From NCBI GenBank assembly GCA_019244185.1, contig JAFATB010000023.1:499446-563445 (forward strand): 64,000 nucleotides of DNA, written 5' to 3'. The stretch is from Acidobacteriota bacterium. GTDB lineage: Bacteria; Acidobacteriota; Thermoanaerobaculia; Gp7-AA8. A program made the position numbers and the translations under genes. Below, piece by piece: positions 27,363 through 38,316 of the stretch. Below the pieces are notes generated by a model that saw only the letters and a list, made by a program, of their open reading frames with translations, was not told the origin of the DNA and ran no database searches. Position 1 is the first letter of the stretch; every line of letters begins with the position of its first letter.

Positions 27363-28811
27363 CTAAACGCTCGACGCCCACTCTTTCGCGCGCCCCACCG
27401 CGCGCCGCCACGTGGCGAGCTTCGCCTCGCGTGCGTCGACGGAGAGGCGCGGCGTGAAGACGCGGTCGGGCTGCCACTGCGCGTCGATGGCGTCGCTCGT
27501 CTCCCAGACGCCGGCGGCGAGGCCGGCGAGATAGGCGGCGCCGAGGGCGGTCGTTTCGGCGACGCGCGTGCGGACGACGGGGATGCCGGCGAGATCGGCC
27601 TGAAGCTGCATGAGCAGGTCGTTGGTCGATGCGCCGCCGTCGACGCGCAGCTCTTCGAGCGCGATGCCGGAGTCGTGGCGCATGGCGTCGAGCACGTCGA
27701 CCGTCTGCAGCGCGATCGACTCGAGCGTCGCGCGCGCGAGGTGCGCGGCGGTCGTGCCGAGCGTCAATCCGACGATCGTGCCGCGCGCGTGCGGATCCCA
27801 GTGCGGCGTGCCGAGTCCCGTGAACGCGGGGACGAGCACGACGCCGCCGCAGTCGGGCACCGACGCCGCGAGCGGCTCGATGTCCGCCGCGGTGCGGATC
27901 AGCTGCAGGCGATCGCGCAGCCATTGCACGGCGGCACCCGTGACGAAGATGCTTCCTTCGAGCGCGTACTGCAGCGGCGCGTCGCCGAGCTGCCACGCGA
28001 TCGTCGAGAGCAGTCCGTGCCGCGAGTCGACGACGCGCGTGCCGGTCTGCATCACCACGAACGAACCGGTGCCGTACGTGTTCTTGGCCATCCCCGCGCG
28101 CGTGCAGCGCTGCCCGAAGAGCGCGGCCTGCTGGTCTCCGGCGATGCCCGCGATCGGAATCCCATCTTCCGTCTCGCCGTACTTCGCGCTCGACGCCCTT
28201 ACCTCGGGCAATACGGACGCCGGGATGCCGAGGAGGTCGAGGAGCTCGTCGTCCCAGGCGGCGCGGTGGATGTCGAAGAGCATCGTGCGCGACGCGTTCG
28301 TGACGTCGGTGGCGTGCACGCGTCCGCCGGTGAGCTTCCACACCAGCCACGTGTCGATCGTGCCGAAGGCGAGGCGCGCGGGATCGACGTGCGTACGCTC
28401 GAGCAGCCAGCGCAGCTTCGTCGCCGAAAAGTACGCGTCGAGCACGAGTCCCGTCTTCGCGCGGATGCGTTCCGCATGCGGCCGCAACGCGTCGCACATC
28501 GGCGCGGTGCGTCGGTCCTGCCAGACGATCGCGGGCGCGACCGGCTCGCCCGTCTCGCGATCCCACAGCACGGTCGTCTCGCGCTGGTTCGTGATGCCGA
28601 TCGCGGCAACGTCGTGCACGCGCGCGAGTACCTCCTGAAGAACAGCGCGTTGTGTTTCCCAGATCTCGTTCGCGTCGTGCTCGACCCAGCCGGGCTGCGG
28701 GTAGAACTGGCGGAACTCGCGCTGCGCGACGACGAGCGGCGTGCCGCGCTCGTCGAACGCGATGGCACGGGAGCTGGTGGTGCCCTGGTCGAGCGCGATG
28801 ACGGTGGCCAT
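27363..28811 (-). CDS. glpK: Glycerol kinase
   Basis: [68 protein letters not shown]. Confidence 0.95.
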   Translation of the reverse strand: MATVIALDQGTTSSRAIAFDERGTPLVVAQREFRQFYPQPGWVEHDANEIWETQRAVLQEVLARVHDVAAIGITNQRETTVLWDRETGEPVAPAIVWQDRRTAPMCDALRPHAERIRAKTGLVLDAYFSATKLRWLLERTHVDPARLAFGTIDTWLVWKLTGGRVHATDVTNASRTMLFDIHRAAWDDELLDLLGIPASVLPEVRASSAKYGETEDGIPIAGIAGDQQAALFGQRCTRAGMAKNTYGTGSFVVMQTGTRVVDSRHGLLSTIAWQLGDAPLQYALEGSIFVTGAAVQWLRDRLQLIRTAADIEPLAASVPDCGGVVLVPAFTGLGTPHWDPHARGTIVGLTLGTTAAHLARATLESIALQTVDVLDAMRHDSGIALEELRVDGGASTNDLLMQLQADLAGIPVVRTRVAETTALGAAYLAGLAAGVWETSDAIDAQWQPDRVFTPRLSVDAREAKLATWRRAVGRAKEWASSV

Positions 28812-28822
28812 CGCGCCCGAGT

Positions 28823-31800
28823 TTACTGCGCGGGCGGCGCTCCGTACGGCGGGCGTTGCGGCCTCACCGGCGGATGCTTCGCCAGCTCGTCGTTGAGGAT
28901 GGCGATCCCGCGCTCGAGCTGCGGATCGCGTCCGGCGGCGACGAGGTCGGGGCGGTTGTCGACCTCGACGTCGGGATCGACGCCGTGGTTCTCGACGATC
29001 CACGTGCTCTTGCCGTCGACGACGTCCCACGCGGAGACGAACGGCACGGTGACGCGGCCGCCGTCGATCATCGGCAGCTCGTCGCCGATGCCCATCAGCC
29101 CTCCCCACGTGCGCTTGCCGACGATCGGACCGAGCGCGTATTTGCGGAAGTAGTCGGCCACCGAGTCGCCGCCCGAGCCGGCGTATTCGTTGATGACGAG
29201 CACCTTCGGGCCGAGGATCGCGGCGGCCTGGTATTCGACGTCGGCGCCGTAGCGCGGCGCGTCGTACTCGAGGTGCCGTCGCGCGAGGTGCTCGAAGTAA
29301 AAGTCGGGGATCTCGCCGCCGTTGTTCCAGCGCGCGTCGAAGAGCAGGCACTGCTTGCCGGCCTGCGCATAGAACTGCCGGCCGAACTCCGCGATGCCGC
29401 GCAGGTGCGTGTCGGGGATGTGGATGTACGCGCAGCGGCCGTTCGTCGCGGCGTCGACCTTGCGGCGGTTCGTCTCGACCCAGTCGCGGTAGCGCAGCTG
29501 CTCTTCGCTCTTCACCGGCACCACCACGACGCGGCGCGCGCCGTTCTCGTTTGGCTTGTCGTTCACGAGCAGCGCGACCTGGCGTCCGGCCGTGCGGTCG
29601 AGCGCGGCGAAGATCGACATCGGCGCGCGCAGCGGACGTCCGTCGATGGCGAGGAGGTAGTCGCCTTCGCGGACGTCGATGCCGGGCGCGTCGAGCGGCG
29701 AGCGCGTGGCGTCGGACGCGTTGTCGCCGCGATAGATCTTGCGGATGCGATAGAGGTCGCCGGCGACGTCGTAGTCGGCGCCGAGGAGGCCGGTGGTGGC
29801 CGCGGGCGTATCGACGGTGTCGCCGCCGGACGCGTTGATGTGCGAGATCCCGAGCTCGCCGTTCATCTCGCCGATGAGGATGTTCACGTCGTTGCGCAGC
29901 GAGACGAACGGCAACTCGGCCTCGTAGCGGCGCTTCATCGCGTTCCAGTCGACGCCGCGCATGGTCGGATCGTAGAAGCCGTCGCGGAGCATCCGCCACG
30001 CCTCGTCGAAGATCTGCTTCCACTCCGCGCGGCGGTCGAGCTGCATCTCGAGGTGGGCGAGGTCGAGCGCGCCGTCGCCGATCTTCGCGTTCGACTTCGC
30101 GGCGTCGAGAATGCCGACGGTGTCGCCGGCGCGGTAGACCAGCTTGTCGCCGTGCGCGTCGAGCGCGTAGCTGTCGATGTTCGCGACGATCGTCTTCTCT
30201 TCAGCATCCGCGAGCTCGAACGATTTCAACGTCTTCTTGTCGTCGTCATCGCCCGCGAGATAGAAGACCGCGCCGTCCGCGGCGGCGAGGCTGCTGTACG
30301 CGCCGGCATCGATCGGGAGCGGGAGCACGCGATGATCGATGCTCGCGAAGTCGATGCGGAACGGCACCGCCGCCGGCTTCGTCTCCGTGGCCGCACCTTC
30401 CTCGTCCGACTTCGGCGCGAACGGCGACGGCGTGTCGCGGCGCAGCGGGATGAGATAGACCTTCTGCGAGTCGCTGAAGTCGAACGTCTTCTCGAAGTCG
30501 CTGAAGTGCGGCGCAAAGACGCGGCGCGAGAGGAAGAAGAGATACGTACCGGTGGGATCGATGCGCGGCTGGCGGTCGTCGGTGAGGCCGTCGGTGATCA
30601 CGGTCGATTTCGCGTCCGCGAGCGAGTACGCGAAGAGCTGGCCGAAGTTCGTCAGGAGCGGCTTCGCGTAGACGAGCCACTTGCTGTCGGGCGACCACGA
30701 GAAGCCGGCGATCTGGTCGGCGTCGCTGCGGTCGACGGTCGTCACCTTGCCGCTGTCGACGTCGACGAACGCGAACGAATGGTCGAGCTGCGCGAACGCG
30801 ATCTTCTTCGCGTCGGGCGACCAGGTGAGATTCGAGCGGAAACCGGCGCCGAGATTCGTGAGCCGGCGTTCGTCGCCGCTGCCGTCTTGCGCCCGGAGGT
30901 AGATCTCGTATTCGCCGTTGCGGTCGGAGGCGTACGCGATCCAGCGGCCGTCGGGCGACCACGCGGGCCAGAGCTCGCGCGCGCCGGAGCTGTTCGTGAG
31001 ATCGCGGATCTCGCCTTCCTTCGCGGGAACGGTGAAGACTTCGCCGCGTGCGCCGAGGAGCGCGCGGGCGCCGGAAGGGGAGAGGGCGACGGTCTGCAGC
31101 CACTTCTTCGCGTTGATGGTCGTGACGCGCTCGCGCGGCGCGTCGGTGCGGACGCGGATCGGCACGCGCGCGGATGTTTCCTTCGCGATGTCGAAGAGAT
31201 AGATCGCGCCGCCGTTCTCGTACGCGATGCGTCCCGAGCCGTCGCTGGCGAGGCTCGGCCACTTGATGTCGTAGTCGCGGTAGTGCGTGAGCTGCCGGAT
31301 GGCGCGCGAGGCGAGGTCGTAGCGATAGAGGTTCATCACGCCGTCGCGATCGGAGAGGAAGAAGACCGCGTCGCGGAACCACATCGGAAAGAGCTCGCCG
31401 GCGTCGCCGTGCGGGATCTCTTCGTACGCGTGCGTGCGGAAGTCGTACATGGCGATGTGCGACTGCGTGCCGCCGCGGTAGCGCTTCCAGAAGAACGACT
31501 CCGTCGCGACCGGGTTGTACGCGATCTTCGTTCCGTCCGGCGAGAACGCGTTCATGCCGCCGCTCGGCAGCGGAACCTCGACCGGCACGCCGCCGCCCGG
31601 CGCGATGGTGAAGAGCTTGTCGAAGTTGCGCACGACACTACTGCGCTTGGACCGGAACACGATGCGCCCGTCGGGCGTCCAGCCGGTGACGCGGTCGAGG
31701 AGCGGATGCCACGTCAGCCGCTTCGGTTCGCCGCCGCTCGCGGGGATCGTGTAGACGTCGCCGCCGCCGCCCTCGTACTCCGCCGTGAACGCGATGGTCG

Positions 31801-32029
31801 TGCCGTCGGGCGAGATCCGGGGCAGCGACTCGTAGCCTTCGTGCGAGGTGAGCCGGTGTGCGTCGCCGCCCGACGCGGAGACGGACCACAGATCGGCCGC
31901 GTACATGAAGACGAGCTGGTCTCCATGCACGTCGGGGTAGCGCAGCATGAGCGTGGTGTCGCTCGTCTGAATCTGCGCGTGCGCGAGCGTCGCGCACGAC
32001 AACGCGAGAAGAAGGAGCCGGAGTCGCAT
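28823..32029 (-). CDS. Tricorn protease (S41 family, PD40/WD40 propellers, PDZ)
   Basis: Signal peptide, SPDG/WSPD repeats, EAWR...[35 protein letters not shown]. Confidence 0.92.
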   Translation of the reverse strand: MRLRLLLLALSCATLAHAQIQTSDTTLMLRYPDVHGDQLVFMYAADLWSVSASGGDAHRLTSHEGYESLPRISPDGTTIAFTAEYEGGGGDVYTIPASGGEPKRLTWHPLLDRVTGWTPDGRIVFRSKRSSVVRNFDKLFTIAPGGGVPVEVPLPSGGMNAFSPDGTKIAYNPVATESFFWKRYRGGTQSHIAMYDFRTHAYEEIPHGDAGELFPMWFRDAVFFLSDRDGVMNLYRYDLASRAIRQLTHYRDYDIKWPSLASDGSGRIAYENGGAIYLFDIAKETSARVPIRVRTDAPRERVTTINAKKWLQTVALSPSGARALLGARGEVFTVPAKEGEIRDLTNSSGARELWPAWSPDGRWIAYASDRNGEYEIYLRAQDGSGDERRLTNLGAGFRSNLTWSPDAKKIAFAQLDHSFAFVDVDSGKVTTVDRSDADQIAGFSWSPDSKWLVYAKPLLTNFGQLFAYSLADAKSTVITDGLTDDRQPRIDPTGTYLFFLSRRVFAPHFSDFEKTFDFSDSQKVYLIPLRRDTPSPFAPKSDEEGAATETKPAAVPFRIDFASIDHRVLPLPIDAGAYSSLAAADGAVFYLAGDDDDKKTLKSFELADAEEKTIVANIDSYALDAHGDKLVYRAGDTVGILDAAKSNAKIGDGALDLAHLEMQLDRRAEWKQIFDEAWRMLRDGFYDPTMRGVDWNAMKRRYEAELPFVSLRNDVNILIGEMNGELGISHINASGGDTVDTPAATTGLLGADYDVAGDLYRIRKIYRGDNASDATRSPLDAPGIDVREGDYLLAIDGRPLRAPMSIFAALDRTAGRQVALLVNDKPNENGARRVVVVPVKSEEQLRYRDWVETNRRKVDAATNGRCAYIHIPDTHLRGIAEFGRQFYAQAGKQCLLFDARWNNGGEIPDFYFEHLARRHLEYDAPRYGADVEYQAAAILGPKVLVINEYAGSGGDSVADYFRKYALGPIVGKRTWGGLMGIGDELPMIDGGRVTVPFVSAWDVVDGKSTWIVENHGVDPDVEVDNRPDLVAAGRDPQLERGIAILNDELAKHPPVRPQRPPYGAPPAQ

Positions 32030-32097
32030 GCGCGCACTCTACGCGCGCGCCGCGTGCCTCGTCTTGCACGCGCTTAATGCCGCTGTCCCGCGCTTCA

Positions 32098-33168
32098 TCA
32101 GAGCGTGCAGGATCCGCCGGGACACGAGCCGGCGTGCTGCGGCGGCGCGTAGAGGCCGCGCGCGCCGCTCTTGCTGGAGTTGCACGAGGTGCACGCCCAC
32201 TGCAGGTTCGAGAGGTTGTTGTAGTCGTCCTGCGCGTCCTGCCACGGCACGCCGTCCCAGTGATCGCTGCCGTCGCAGTAGGTCTCGGTGGCGAGGCTGG
32301 ACTGCGTGGTCGCGAAGTCGACGATGTGGTCGATGCCGCTCGCGGCGTTGCTGCAGCTGCCGATCGCGCAGCCGTTCGCCTTCGTGCCCGCCATCGCGGA
32401 CTTCGTGGCCGACGTGAAGGAGAGCGTGTTGCGCCGGCCGTTCCAGTAGTAGTTCCCGTGCTTGTCGATGGTCTGGAAGAACTTCCGGATGCCGTTGATG
32501 ATGCCGAGGATCGAGTGCGTGTAGCCGGTGGAAGCGATGCGTGCCGATTTACGCGTCAGCTGAATCGCGCCGCGGTAGGCCGCGGCCTTCCGCTGCACGG
32601 CGCGCGGTTGCACGCGCGGCGGCAGTTGCCGCTGCGGCGGCAGTTTCGCCTGCAGCGCCGCGAACGGTTTCGCGGGCACTTTCGGCTGCACCGGCGGGCG
32701 ATGCGTCATCGCGCGCTGCGCGAAACGATCCGCCTCCGTTTCGAGCATGCGGTCCTGCACGACGGCGACGCCGCTGCCGAACGGATTGCGCACGCGGCCG
32801 GCGCGCTGCTGGACCACGTGCGCGAGCTCGTGGGCGAGGATCTGCTGGCCGCGCGGCGTGCGCGGGTTGTAATGGCCGGGGGCGAAGTGGATGTCGCTGC
32901 CGTGCGTGAACGCGAGCGCGCCCATCGACGCGGCCTGCGGTCCGACGTGCACGCGCACGTCGCCGAACTTCGCGCCGAACACGCTCTCCATCCGCTGGCG
33001 CACGTCGGGCGGAAGCGGCTGACCGAGACCGGTCGCGAAACGCTGCATCGGCGCCGGAAGCGCGACCGCGCCGGGATTCGCCGTCAGCGGTTGCCGCGCC
33101 ACGGGCGGGCTCGCGATCCGCGACAGTCCCCCTGGAAAGAATCCTTGAATGACCGGCCGGAATGCCAT
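32098..33168 (-). CDS. DUF4157 (eCIS core) domain protein with C-terminal HNH-type nuclease toxin
   Basis: GQPLP..VRQRME..FG..F.DVRVH, AFTHGSDIHF, LAHELAHVVQQ; VQRK/IQL motif; tip C...C...IDHI...NLQWAC..CNSSKS; GGAGG RBS. Confidence 0.82.
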   Translation of the reverse strand: MAFRPVIQGFFPGGLSRIASPPVARQPLTANPGAVALPAPMQRFATGLGQPLPPDVRQRMESVFGAKFGDVRVHVGPQAASMGALAFTHGSDIHFAPGHYNPRTPRGQQILAHELAHVVQQRAGRVRNPFGSGVAVVQDRMLETEADRFAQRAMTHRPPVQPKVPAKPFAALQAKLPPQRQLPPRVQPRAVQRKAAAYRGAIQLTRKSARIASTGYTHSILGIINGIRKFFQTIDKHGNYYWNGRRNTLSFTSATKSAMAGTKANGCAIGSCSNAASGIDHIVDFATTQSSLATETYCDGSDHWDGVPWQDAQDDYNNLSNLQWACTSCNSSKSGARGLYAPPQHAGSCPGGSCTL

Positions 33169-33211
33169 TGTTCCGCGCCTCCGTACAGCGGCAGTGTACG
33201 CCGATTCCCCG

Positions 33212-36200
33212 TCAGTGGCTCCCCACCTCGGCTGGCGCATGACGCCGGAAGATCCGCTTCATCAGCCGCGACATCCGCGCGCGGAAGCCGTCCAGGATCT
33301 CGTAGACGGTCGGGATCACGAGCAGTGTCAGCAGCGTCGACGTGATCGTGCCGCCGATGACGGCGCGTCCCAGCGGCGCGCGGAAGTCGCCGCCTTCGCC
33401 CGCGCCGATCGCGACCGGGAGCATGCCCGCGATCAGCGCGAACGTGGTCATGAGGATCGGCCGCAGACGTACGCGGCCCGCCTCGATGAGTGCCTCGCGC
33501 AGCGGCTTGCCCTGCTCGTGGTTCCACTTCGCGAAGTCGATCAGCAGGATCGCGTTCTTGGCCACGATGCCCATCAGCAGCATCACGCCGATGAGGCTCA
33601 TGAGGTTCAGCGTGTCGCGCGTGACGATCAGCGCGAGCACGACGCCGATCAGCGAGAGCGGCAGCGAGATCAGGATCGCGATCGGATCGAGGAACGACCC
33701 GAACTGCACGACCAGGATGAAGTACATCAGCAGCACCGCCAGCGCGAGCGCGGAGAGGATGCCGCCGAAGACTTCGCTCTGGCTCTCCGCCTGTCCGCCC
33801 TGCGTGATGTACGTCCCCGCCGGCAGCTTGACCGTTTTGATCCGCCGCTGCACTTCCGCGAGCACGTCGCTGAGCGGGCGCCCTTCGACGTTCGCGCCGA
33901 CGGTGATGATCTTGTCGCGGTTGTAGTGATCGATCGACGTCGGCCCGAACGCTTTCGTCGTCGCCGCGAGATGCGAGACCGGCACGGTCGGCGTGCTCGT
34001 CGCCGCCGGTGACGCGCTCGCGCCGGTGCCGCCGCCGGTGCCGGCCGCGAACGTGGCGATGGTCGACGCGGTGCGCGAGACGAGCGGCAGGTTCTCGACG
34101 TCCGCCGCCGACGAGCGCGCGGCCGGCGCGAGACGCACCGTGACGTCGCGCGTGCGGCCCGTCGGATCGACCCATTCGCCCGCTTTCACGCCGGCGAAAC
34201 CGGAGCGCAGCGCGTTGGCCACGTCGGACGGCGTGAAGCCGAGCGTCGCCGCGAGCGAGCGGTCGAGCTCCACGACGAGCTCGGGGCGCTGCCCTTTCGT
34301 CGAGAGGCCGATGTCGGTCGCGCCGGGCACCGAGCGGATGAGGTTCTCGATCTGCGTGGCCGCGGCATTGAGCGAGGTGAGGTCGTCGCCGCGCACCTGC
34401 ACCTGCACCTGTTTGCCGCCGCCGCCCGGTCCGTTGCTGGCGAGATACGCGTCGGCCCCGGCGATCGTGCGGATCTCTTCGCGCAACTCGGCCGCGATCT
34501 GCTGCTGGCTCTTCGTGCGGTCTTTCTTCGCCTTCAGCTTGAGGTAGATGCTGCCGCTGTCGACGGTGCCCGAGCCGTCGCTGCTGCCGACCGTGCTGTA
34601 CGCGTACACGACTTCCGGATGTTTGCGCGCCTGCCGCGCGATCTCTTCCGTCTTTTCGCGCGTGTAGTCGAGCGTCGATCCCGGCGCGGTGTCGACCGTG
34701 ATGGTCAGTTCGCTGTTGTCCGTTTCGGGGACGAACGCGCTGCCGCCGATCGTCGCCTGCAGCACGATCGCGCCGGCGAACGACAGGATGATGATGCCCA
34801 CCATCCACCAGCGGTGATCGAGCGCCCACGCCACGATGCGCGTGTAGCGGTCGATCATGCGGTTGAACCAGTCGTTGAACCGATCCAGCGCGCGCGTGAT
34901 GAAGCCGCGCTTGTGCGCTTCGACGTGCGGATCGGGCCAGTACGCCGACAGCATCGGATCGAGCGAGAACGAGACGAAGAGCGACACCAGCACCGCCGCC
35001 GCAATGGTCAATGCAAATGGCTTGAACCACTGTCCCGCGAAGCCGGGCATGAACGCGACAGGCACGAACACGGCGACGATCGAGAGCGTGGTCGCGGTGA
35101 CGGCCACGCCGATCTCGTCGGTGCCGTCGTGCGCCGCCTGCACGTGGTCTTTCCCCATCTCCACGTGCCGCACGATGTTCTCGCGCACGACGATCGCGTC
35201 GTCGATCAGGATGCCGATCGCGAGCGAGAGGCCGAGGAGCGACATCGTGTTCAGCGTGAATCCGAAGACCAGCACCGGGATGAACGCGGCCAGCACCGAC
35301 ACCGGCAGCGCGAGTCCGGTGATCACCGTGGAACGCCAGGAATTCAGGAACAGGAACACGACCAGCACGGTGAGCACCGCGCCTTCGACGAGCGCCTCCT
35401 GCACGTTGCTCACGGAGTTGCGCACGCGGTCGCCGGAGTTGCGGATGACGTCGAGCTTCACGCCCGGCGGCAGCGTCTTCTCGACCGTGCCGAGGCTCGC
35501 CAGCACCTGATCGGCGACATGCGTCGTGCTGACGCTCGGCGATTTCGTGATGTCGATGCCGACCGACGCCGCGCCGTTGAGCAGCGCCGCGCTGCGCGGC
35601 TCGGCGGTGCCGTCGATGATGTCGGCGACGTCGCCGAGGCGCACGAGCTTTCCGCCGCGCGAGCTGACGATGACGTTCGCGAACTCGCGCGGGTTTTCGA
35701 TGCGGCCGAGAAAGCGGATCGAGCTTTCCTGAAACTGTCCCGTTACTCGTCCCGCGGGCGTGGAGATGTTCTGCGTCTGCACGGCCTGCACGACGTCGGA
35801 GATGTCGACGCCGGCGGCGGCGAGATCGGCCGGCCGGACGTTGATCTGGATCTCGCGGTTGATGTTGCCGGAGAGGCGCACTTCCGCGACGCCATTGATG
35901 CCGCGCAGCACTTTCGTGATGCCGGGATCGGCGATCTGCGTGAGCTCCGGCGTCGACAGGCGCGTCGACGAGAGCACGAGCGAGACGATCGGCAGCGCGT
36001 TGGGATCGTACTTGTGGATGATCGGGTCGAGGATCGTCGTCGGCAGCTGACCGCGGATCGACGACATCGCGTCGCGCACGTCCTGCGCGGCCTGATCGGC
36101 GCTCTTGCCGAAGACGAAGATCGCGGTGATCGTGGCGAAGCCGTCGACCGCCTTCGACTGCACTTTGTCGATGCCGGAGAGCGCGGTGAACTGCTCTTCG

Positions 36201-36400
36201 AGCGGATCGATGACGTCGCGCTCGACCTGATCCGGCGCGGCGCCGGGATACGGCACGAGCACGGTGACGACCGGCGCGTCGATCTCCGGGAACTCGTCGA
36301 CCTCGAGCTTCATCAGCGCGAAGAGGCCGAAGACGACGAGGATGAGCATCGCCACGACCGTGAGCACCGGTCGTTTGATGGCCGCGTCGGAGATGATCAT
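33212..36400 (-). CDS. RND efflux transporter permease subunit (AcrB/MdtB-like)
   Basis: IKRPV, GILIDDAIVVRENI, KNAILLIDF, RLRPILMTT. Confidence 0.93.
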   Translation of the reverse strand: MIISDAAIKRPVLTVVAMLILVVFGLFALMKLEVDEFPEIDAPVVTVLVPYPGAAPDQVERDVIDPLEEQFTALSGIDKVQSKAVDGFATITAIFVFGKSADQAAQDVRDAMSSIRGQLPTTILDPIIHKYDPNALPIVSLVLSSTRLSTPELTQIADPGITKVLRGINGVAEVRLSGNINREIQINVRPADLAAAGVDISDVVQAVQTQNISTPAGRVTGQFQESSIRFLGRIENPREFANVIVSSRGGKLVRLGDVADIIDGTAEPRSAALLNGAASVGIDITKSPSVSTTHVADQVLASLGTVEKTLPPGVKLDVIRNSGDRVRNSVSNVQEALVEGAVLTVLVVFLFLNSWRSTVITGLALPVSVLAAFIPVLVFGFTLNTMSLLGLSLAIGILIDDAIVVRENIVRHVEMGKDHVQAAHDGTDEIGVAVTATTLSIVAVFVPVAFMPGFAGQWFKPFALTIAAAVLVSLFVSFSLDPMLSAYWPDPHVEAHKRGFITRALDRFNDWFNRMIDRYTRIVAWALDHRWWMVGIIILSFAGAIVLQATIGGSAFVPETDNSELTITVDTAPGSTLDYTREKTEEIARQARKHPEVVYAYSTVGSSDGSGTVDSGSIYLKLKAKKDRTKSQQQIAAELREEIRTIAGADAYLASNGPGGGGKQVQVQVRGDDLTSLNAAATQIENLIRSVPGATDIGLSTKGQRPELVVELDRSLAATLGFTPSDVANALRSGFAGVKAGEWVDPTGRTRDVTVRLAPAARSSAADVENLPLVSRTASTIATFAAGTGGGTGASASPAATSTPTVPVSHLAATTKAFGPTSIDHYNRDKIITVGANVEGRPLSDVLAEVQRRIKTVKLPAGTYITQGGQAESQSEVFGGILSALALAVLLMYFILVVQFGSFLDPIAILISLPLSLIGVVLALIVTRDTLNLMSLIGVMLLMGIVAKNAILLIDFAKWNHEQGKPLREALIEAGRVRLRPILMTTFALIAGMLPVAIGAGEGGDFRAPLGRAVIGGTITSTLLTLLVIPTVYEILDGFRARMSRLMKRIFRRHAPAEVGSH

Positions 36401-37500
36401 TTCGCGGCGTCTCCCGCCTGTTGCGCCGCGGCCGGAACTTCCGCGCGCGTGCCCGGCGCGAGCTGCTGCGCCGCGCCGACGAGGAGGATGTCTCCCTCAT
36501 TGACGCCCTGGCGGATCTCGACGCGATCGTTCTGATCGTCCACCACGCCGAGAACGACGTCGAAATGCTCGACGACTCCGTTGCGCACACGCGTGACCGC
36601 GGGCGTGGTCATGCGATGATCGATCGCCGCCGCCGGCACGATCACGCCGATGCGCGTGAGGTTCTGTAAACGCCCTTGCGCGAAGAGACCGCTCGCCAGC
36701 GCGCCGCCGTTGTTCGGGATCTCCGCGAACACTTTGATCTGCCTCGTCGTCGGATCGGCCTCGGGATTCACGCGCGCGATGCGGCCGCCGAACACTTTGC
36801 CGTCGAAGCCCTGCACCTGAAACTCGATCGGCGTGCCGACGCGGAGATCCTGCAGGCTGTCCGCCGCGACGGCGGCTTCGAGCTGCATCTCCGACGGATC
36901 GATGATCGTGTAGAGCGTCGCGCCGACCTGCACGACGTCGCCTTGAGAAACCCAGCGCTTCGTGACCACGCCGCTGAGCGGCGCTTCGACCGTCGTGTCG
37001 CGCGACTGCTCGTTAGTGGTCGCGCTCTGCGCCTGCGCCTGCGCCAGCTGCGCGCGTGCGGCGTCGACCTGCGCGCGCGCGGCGTCGACCGTGGCTTTCG
37101 CGACGATGCCCGAGCGGAACAGCGACTGCTGCCGCGCCAGCTCTTTCTCCGCGAGCGCCACGTTGTTGCGCAAGCTGGCGATCGCCGACGCCTGGGAGCT
37201 CTGCTGCGCGCTGATCGCCCCCGGCCCAATGCGCGCGAGCAGCTCGCCCTTCGTGACGCGCTCGCCTTCGTTGACACGCACATCGACGAGCGGCCCCGCC
37301 ACCTCCGCCCGCACGTTCGCTTCGGTCTGCGCCGAGAGGTTCCCGCTCAGCGTCGGCCCGGTGGTGATCCGCTCGCGCCGCGCGATGACGTAGTCATTCG
37401 CCCCAATCTTCGCGACGTTGTCCGCCGCCGGCTGCGGCGCGGCGCGTTTGCACGAGGCGAGGACGAGAGCGAGGAGAACAAGGACGCACTTCTGCTTCAC
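36397..37500 (-). CDS. RND efflux periplasmic adaptor subunit (lipoprotein)
   Basis: GTG start with GAGG RBS; LASC lipobox; V.EGERV.KG.LLA, APLSGVV, coiled-coil hairpin. Confidence 0.88.
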   Translation of the reverse strand: MKQKCVLVLLALVLASCKRAAPQPAADNVAKIGANDYVIARRERITTGPTLSGNLSAQTEANVRAEVAGPLVDVRVNEGERVTKGELLARIGPGAISAQQSSQASAIASLRNNVALAEKELARQQSLFRSGIVAKATVDAARAQVDAARAQLAQAQAQSATTNEQSRDTTVEAPLSGVVTKRWVSQGDVVQVGATLYTIIDPSEMQLEAAVAADSLQDLRVGTPIEFQVQGFDGKVFGGRIARVNPEADPTTRQIKVFAEIPNNGGALASGLFAQGRLQNLTRIGVIVPAAAIDHRMTTPAVTRVRNGVVEHFDVVLGVVDDQNDRVEIRQGVNEGDILLVGAAQQLAPGTRAEVPAAAQQAGDAAK

Positions 37501-37550
37501 GACCTCGCGTCGATTGCAGGCGGTGAGCCAGCGATGGGGGAGCGAGCATG

Positions 37551-38303
37551 TCAACGGCCGCCGTCGTTCCGCGAGCGCGTCCGCCGGAACTCCGCGGGCG
37601 TGACGCCGAACAGCCGGCGGAAGACGCGCGTGAAGTGGCTTTGATCGCAGAAGCCGGCGCTCGCCGCGACGTCGGCGATCGGGGTGTCGCTCTGCCGCAG
37701 CGCGCTGCGCGCGAGCTCGAGCCGGCAGCGCCGCGCGTATTCGCCGATCGAGACTCCTTCGAAGGCGCGGAAGCTGCGCGCGACGTGACTGGGGTGCATG
37801 CCGAGGATTGCGGCGACGTCGCGGAGGGAACGCTGCTGGCGCGCGAGACTCACCGCGTCGTCGACCCACGAGGGACGGCGCTCCTCGCGCTCGCTCATGC
37901 GCGCGAGATAGCCGAGACCCGAAACCACGAGACCTTCGACGACGAGCGTCCAGCCCGGCTGCTGCAGCTGGGTTTCGGCGAGAACGTTCAGAGCCCACGC
38001 GCGCGCGGTGCGCTCGACGACGGCCTCGGGCAGCGCATAACGCGGCGGGATGTCGATCGAGAGCGTTTCGACGGCGGTGAGGCAGACGCCGCGCGGATGC
38101 GCGCCGGTGGGCGTGTAGATCGCGCTGCCGGTTTTCAGGCGATGTTCGCGTCCGCGAATGATCACGCGCACGCTGCCGCGTCTGAGGATCGAGAGCGTGG
38201 CGGACGCGCTGCCGCGCGGCGGCGCGAACCGCGCGTCGTTCTCATGGCCGCTCGCGAAGAACGTGAACGGGCCGGCCGAGAACGCGTCGTCGTGCACCGT
38301 CAC
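37551..38303 (-). CDS. AraC family transcriptional regulator
   Basis: HPSHVARSF, GFCDQSHFTRVFRRLFGVTPAEFR; start uncertain. Confidence 0.85.
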   Translation of the reverse strand: MTVHDDAFSAGPFTFFASGHENDARFAPPRGSASATLSILRRGSVRVIIRGREHRLKTGSAIYTPTGAHPRGVCLTAVETLSIDIPPRYALPEAVVERTARAWALNVLAETQLQQPGWTLVVEGLVVSGLGYLARMSEREERRPSWVDDAVSLARQQRSLRDVAAILGMHPSHVARSFRAFEGVSIGEYARRCRLELARSALRQSDTPIADVAASAGFCDQSHFTRVFRRLFGVTPAEFRRTRSRNDGGR

Positions 38304-38316
38304 GCGAACGACGGTA

